DNA of 52,390 nt from Hyphomicrobiales bacterium (GTDB taxonomy: Bacteria; Pseudomonadota; Alphaproteobacteria; Rhizobiales; Xanthobacteraceae): contig DAHUXA010000002.1 of assembly GCA_027307405.1 (NCBI GenBank), positions 1 through 52,390 on the forward strand, read 5' to 3'. The notes beneath the pieces were generated by a model. The model was not told where the DNA came from. It searched no databases and saw only the letters and a program-made list of their open reading frames with translations. Both the position numbers and the translations under genes were made by a program. Of the stretch, positions 48,772 to 52,390 are shown in pieces (within the stretch, counting starts at the first letter, position 1; every line of letters begins with the position of its first letter).

Positions 48772-49383
48772 ATGACCGTTGAGGCCGCCGAGCCCCGTTC
48801 TTTGCTGCGCCGTCTTTATGACTGGTGCCTGGCCGCCGCCCATAAGCCACACGCGCTGTGGACCATGGGCGCGGTATCGTTCGCCGAAAGCTCGTTCTTT
48901 CCGGTGCCGCCCGACATCATGCTGATCCCGATGGCGCTGGCGCGACCCGAACGCGCCTATGTGATGGCGGTGTGGTGCACCGTGACGTCGGTCGCCGGCG
49001 GTTTGCTCGGTTACAGTATCGGTGCGCTCCTTTACGACTCGGTGGGTGCCTGGCTCATTCACCTCTACGGCTATGGCGACAAGGTTGAGGCCTTTCGAGA
49101 GGCCTATGCGCAATGGGGGGCCTGGATCATCCTTCTCAAGGGGCTTACTCCCATTCCGTATAAGATCGTGACAATTACCTCGGGATTTGCCGGCTACAAT
49201 CTTGGACTATTTCTGCTTTTCTCGATTATCACGCGCGGTGCCCGGTTCTTCGTGCTGGCATTTCTGCTGCACCGTTACGGCGAACGGGCGCGCCATATCA
49301 TCGAAAAGCGGTTAGGCCTGTGGGTCCTGCTCGGTGGCGCGGTTATCGTCACTGGCATCGTGGCTGCGCTATACTTGATCTAG
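48772..49383 (+). CDS. YqaA/DedA (VTT) family membrane protein
   Basis: RRLYDW, SFAESSFFPVPPD.MLIPM, SVAGGLLGY.IG, TPIPYK, RGARFF. Confidence 0.88.
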   Translation: MTVEAAEPRSLLRRLYDWCLAAAHKPHALWTMGAVSFAESSFFPVPPDIMLIPMALARPERAYVMAVWCTVTSVAGGLLGYSIGALLYDSVGAWLIHLYGYGDKVEAFREAYAQWGAWIILLKGLTPIPYKIVTITSGFAGYNLGLFLLFSIITRGARFFVLAFLLHRYGERARHIIEKRLGLWVLLGGAVIVTGIVAALYLI

Positions 49384-49438
49384 GAATAGCGTACGGGCCA
49401 CCGGCTCGCTTTAGAGGCCGGCGGCGCTTTGGCCAGTC

Positions 49439-49981
49439 ATGGGCATCAAACGGGCTTCGACCTTTCATCGGAATTCTGGGGCATTCTCGCTCGCGTTTTT
49501 GTTCGCGGTCGGCCTGGTGCTGATTTCGGCAATGGCAATCGCGCAGGAACAGCCAACCCCAACGCAGAAGCCTCCGCAGAGCGAAGGGTTTTTCGCAACC
49601 ATCAACCGCTGGTTCGAACAACAGACTGCGAATATGAGCGCATCGTTCAACGACGCGCGCAAGAAGGTCGAAGGATTCAGCAACGCGGCCGGTGATGCCG
49701 CCAAGACCACAGTCGAAGGTGCCAAGGATGCTGCCGGCGCGGTCACGCGTATTCCGACACGTCCTGTAAGCGGACACGAGAAATGTCAGCTGGCGCCAAA
49801 CGGCGCACCTGATTGCGTGGCGGCCGCTAATACAATGTGCAAGGCAAAGGGTTTCGAATCCGGCAAAAGCCTCGATATGACGACCGCCGAGGTGTGTCCG
49901 CCCAAGGTCTATATGTCAGGGCGCTCGACCGGGCCTGAGTGCACGACCGAAACCTTCGTATCCCGCGCCATCTGCCAATAG
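49439..49981 (+). CDS. Exported hypothetical protein with a six-Cys C-terminal domain
   Basis: Hydrophobic signal ending AIA|QE; six Cys in the last ~66 aa. Confidence 0.7.
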   Translation: MGIKRASTFHRNSGAFSLAFLFAVGLVLISAMAIAQEQPTPTQKPPQSEGFFATINRWFEQQTANMSASFNDARKKVEGFSNAAGDAAKTTVEGAKDAAGAVTRIPTRPVSGHEKCQLAPNGAPDCVAAANTMCKAKGFESGKSLDMTTAEVCPPKVYMSGRSTGPECTTETFVSRAICQ

Positions 49982-50041
49982 CGCATTTCGGGAGCCAGGC
50001 GGTGCTTGTGTCGCCGCCGGGCCTGTGTTTCCGTTTCGCGC

Positions 50042-51409
50042 ATGAACCTTCACGCCAAGCTGATCGAACGCGAGGCTGCCGGGCATCCGGTGACTGTCGG
50101 CCTTATCGGCGCCGGCAAGTTCGGCACCATGTTTGCCGCGCAAGCGCGGCTGACCCGCGGCATGCATCTTGTCGCCGTCGCCGATCTCGACGTTGCTCGC
50201 GCACGCAGTCAGCTCAAGGCCGCGGGCTGGCCGGATGAGGCCTATGCAGCGGGTTCGCTTGCCGAAGCGCACAAGAAGCGGACAACCTTCGTCACTGACA
50301 ACGCGGAAGCGTTGATCGCCGATCCGCGGATCGAAGTTATCGTGGAAGCGACCGGCGTTCCGGGTGCAGGTATCCATCATGCGCTCCGCGCGGTCGCCAA
50401 CGGCAAGCACATCGTCATGGTGAATGTCGAAGCCGATGCTGTGGCGGGCCCGCTGCTTGCGCGCCGCGCCAAGGCCGCCGGGGTCGTTTATTCACTGGCC
50501 TGGGGCGATCAGCCCGCACTGATTTGCGAGCACGTCGATTGGGCGCGCGCCGCCGGGTTCAAGGTGATCTGTGCCGGTAAAGGTACGCGGTACGAGCCGC
50601 ATTATCACAAGTCCAATCCTGACAATGTGTGGGACATCCTCGACAAGTATTTGAACATCTCCGATCGGAAATCGATCAACCCGAAAATGTTCAATTCGTT
50701 CGTGGACGGCACCAAATCCGGCATCGAGATGACCGCCGTCTGCAATGCGACCGGGTTGGTGCCGCAGACAACCGGCCTCGGTTTTCCGCCGGCGACGCGC
50801 TTCGAGCTCGCCGACATCTGCAAGCCAAAAAGCGATGGCGGCACGCTGGAAAAGGCCGGAGTCACCGAGGTGACCTCGTCGGTCTATCGGGATGGCCGCG
50901 ACGTTCCGCATCATCTCGCGCTCGGCACGTATGTGGTGTTCGAAGGTGACACCGATTATGCGCGCCGCTGCTTCAAGGAATACGCGATGTTGCCGGATAA
51001 GACCGGCAAATACGCAGCGCTTTACCGGCCGATTCACATGATCGGACTGGAGCTCGGCATTTCGGTTGCCAGCGCGGCGCTTCGCAGCGAGCCGACCGGC
51101 GCGCCCACCGGATTTCGTTCCGATGTGGTCGCAACCGCCAAACGCGATCTGAAATCCGGCGAAATGCTGGACGGAGAGGGCGGTTTTTGCGTCTGGGGCA
51201 AACAGACGCCGGCAGATGTTTCGCTCGAACGTGAATTGCTGCCGCTGGGTCTCGCACATAACGTCAAGCTCAAGGGTGACATCGCCGAAGGGCAGCCGCT
51301 TCGCTGGTCGGACGTCGCCTATGATCCGAACGATTCCGCGGTGAAGGTACGCCACGAAATGGAAGCCGCCTTCGGCCGACGGAATGTCGGCGCCGAGCCG
51401 GTGTTATGA
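50042..51409 (+). CDS. NAD(P)-dependent oxidoreductase with C-terminal SAF domain (homoserine dehydrogenase-like, COG4091-type)
   Basis: [51 protein letters not shown]. Confidence 0.85.
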   Translation: MNLHAKLIEREAAGHPVTVGLIGAGKFGTMFAAQARLTRGMHLVAVADLDVARARSQLKAAGWPDEAYAAGSLAEAHKKRTTFVTDNAEALIADPRIEVIVEATGVPGAGIHHALRAVANGKHIVMVNVEADAVAGPLLARRAKAAGVVYSLAWGDQPALICEHVDWARAAGFKVICAGKGTRYEPHYHKSNPDNVWDILDKYLNISDRKSINPKMFNSFVDGTKSGIEMTAVCNATGLVPQTTGLGFPPATRFELADICKPKSDGGTLEKAGVTEVTSSVYRDGRDVPHHLALGTYVVFEGDTDYARRCFKEYAMLPDKTGKYAALYRPIHMIGLELGISVASAALRSEPTGAPTGFRSDVVATAKRDLKSGEMLDGEGGFCVWGKQTPADVSLERELLPLGLAHNVKLKGDIAEGQPLRWSDVAYDPNDSAVKVRHEMEAAFGRRNVGAEPVL

Positions 51410-51449
51410 TCTCAACAGAACAGGTCAAACAAACTCAGGGAGGAATGTG

Positions 51450-52265
51450 ATGAAGCACCTGCTGGCCGCAGCCGCGGCGCTTGCCCTCGTAGCGTCGGCG
51501 CCGCCCGGACGCGCGGATGACACGAAGCTCACGGTCATCGTGTTCCCGGGAGTTCAAAACCTCCCGATGTTTGCAGCACAGGCGAAGGGCTTCTACGCCA
51601 AGCGCGGCCTGGATGTCGATATCAAGTTCACGCCCAATTCCGATGAACTCCGCAACGGACTGGCGGAAGCGCGCTACCATATCGCGCATTCGGCAATCGA
51701 CAACGCATTCGCTCTCAAGGACAAGGCCAACGCCGATATCGCGGTCGTGCTCGGCGGCGACAACAGCTTCAATCATCTCATTGTTCAGCCCGACATCAAG
51801 TCGCTTGCCGATATCAAAGGCAAAACGGTCGCTGTCGATGCGGTCAATACCGCTTACGCTTTTCAGCTGTACGAAATGTTGCGGCAAAAGGGTCTCAATA
51901 AAGGTGACTACGAGGTCAAGCCGGTGGGCGGGACTGGGCTGCGTCTGGACGCGATGACAAAGGACAAGACGATGGTCGCTGCCATGCTCAATCCGCCGTT
52001 TTCAGTCCGTGCCGAAAAAGCGGGTCTCAAGGACATGGGCACGGCCGCCGCGGCGCTCGGCGCTTACCAAGGCACATCCGCGTTTGTGCTGCGCAACTGG
52101 GGCAAGGCAAACACCGACACGTTGGTCAAATACATAGAAGCTTACATCGAGGGACGGCGCTGGAGCTTCGACCCAAAGAACAGAGCCGAGGCTGTGGCGC
52201 TGCTGGCGGAGCGGCTGAAATTGCCCCCCGACATTGCGGGCCTGGCCTACGACAGCACCAAGGAC
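51450..52265 (+). CDS. NMT1/SsuA-like ABC substrate-binding protein, C-terminus missing
   Basis: GGAGG RBS; [17 protein letters not shown] signal, [29 protein letters not shown]. The frame stays open to the window end but changes identity near 52250. Confidence 0.8.
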
Positions 52266-52390
52266 GAGGAAATCGAGTACAAGCTGGTGACCAGCGAAGA
52301 GGCGGATGTAACGGCCGGAAAGATATCGACCACCTCCCCGATCGGCCGCGCCTTGCTGAACAAAAAAGTCGGCGACAGCGTGGTGGTCGT
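52248..52390 (+). other. greA: Fragment of the GreA/GreB C-terminal domain joined in frame to the preceding gene
   Basis: [47 protein letters not shown] matches the Y.lv..eEad...g.IS..SPiGrAL..k.vGD GreA signature. Confidence 0.8.

Noticed and set aside
51435-51957. Track ORFs 51435-51887(-) and 51517-51957(+)
   Set aside because: Both are shadows of the real frame starting at 51450, which the track missed because it has no stop in the window.
1-52390. CRISPR arrays, tRNA/rRNA, prophage, IS elements, defence systems
   Set aside because: No spaced direct repeats, RNA gene signatures, or integrase, transposase or nuclease ORFs seen; intergenic gaps are all under about 270 nt.

Overview
GC-rich chromosomal window from an alphaproteobacterium. 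Gene content, a CtrA box and REP-like doublets suggest Hyphomicrobiales (Xanthobacteraceae/Nitrobacteraceae-like); this is an inference. It holds about 45 densely packed genes and no recognisable rRNA, tRNA, CRISPR array, integrase or transposase. From left to right: the 3' end of livF; an ECF sigma / anti-sigma / periplasmic sensor / OMF / MdtABC-type RND operon; a flavo-, Rieske- and ThDP-enzyme cluster; pap-pit; a CtrA-boxed MCP; transporters; acyl-CoA ligases; cobW-dac; a thiolase; putA; hisE; and a substrate-binding protein at the end. The best candidate for an undescribed system is a ThDP-dependent enzyme with a twin-arginine export signal followed 7 nt later by a class I cytochrome c, possibly a periplasmic ThDP-linked oxidoreductase. 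Also notable are a CnrHYX-like regulatory trio heading the RND pump and a secreted 715-aa monoheme beta-propeller-like protein. Three features look like sequence-quality problems: an internal TAG in the sensor gene, a +1 frameshift in DUF924, and an in-frame switch into GreA sequence in the last ~140 nt (probable chimeric join). All family assignments come from motif recognition only; no searches were run.
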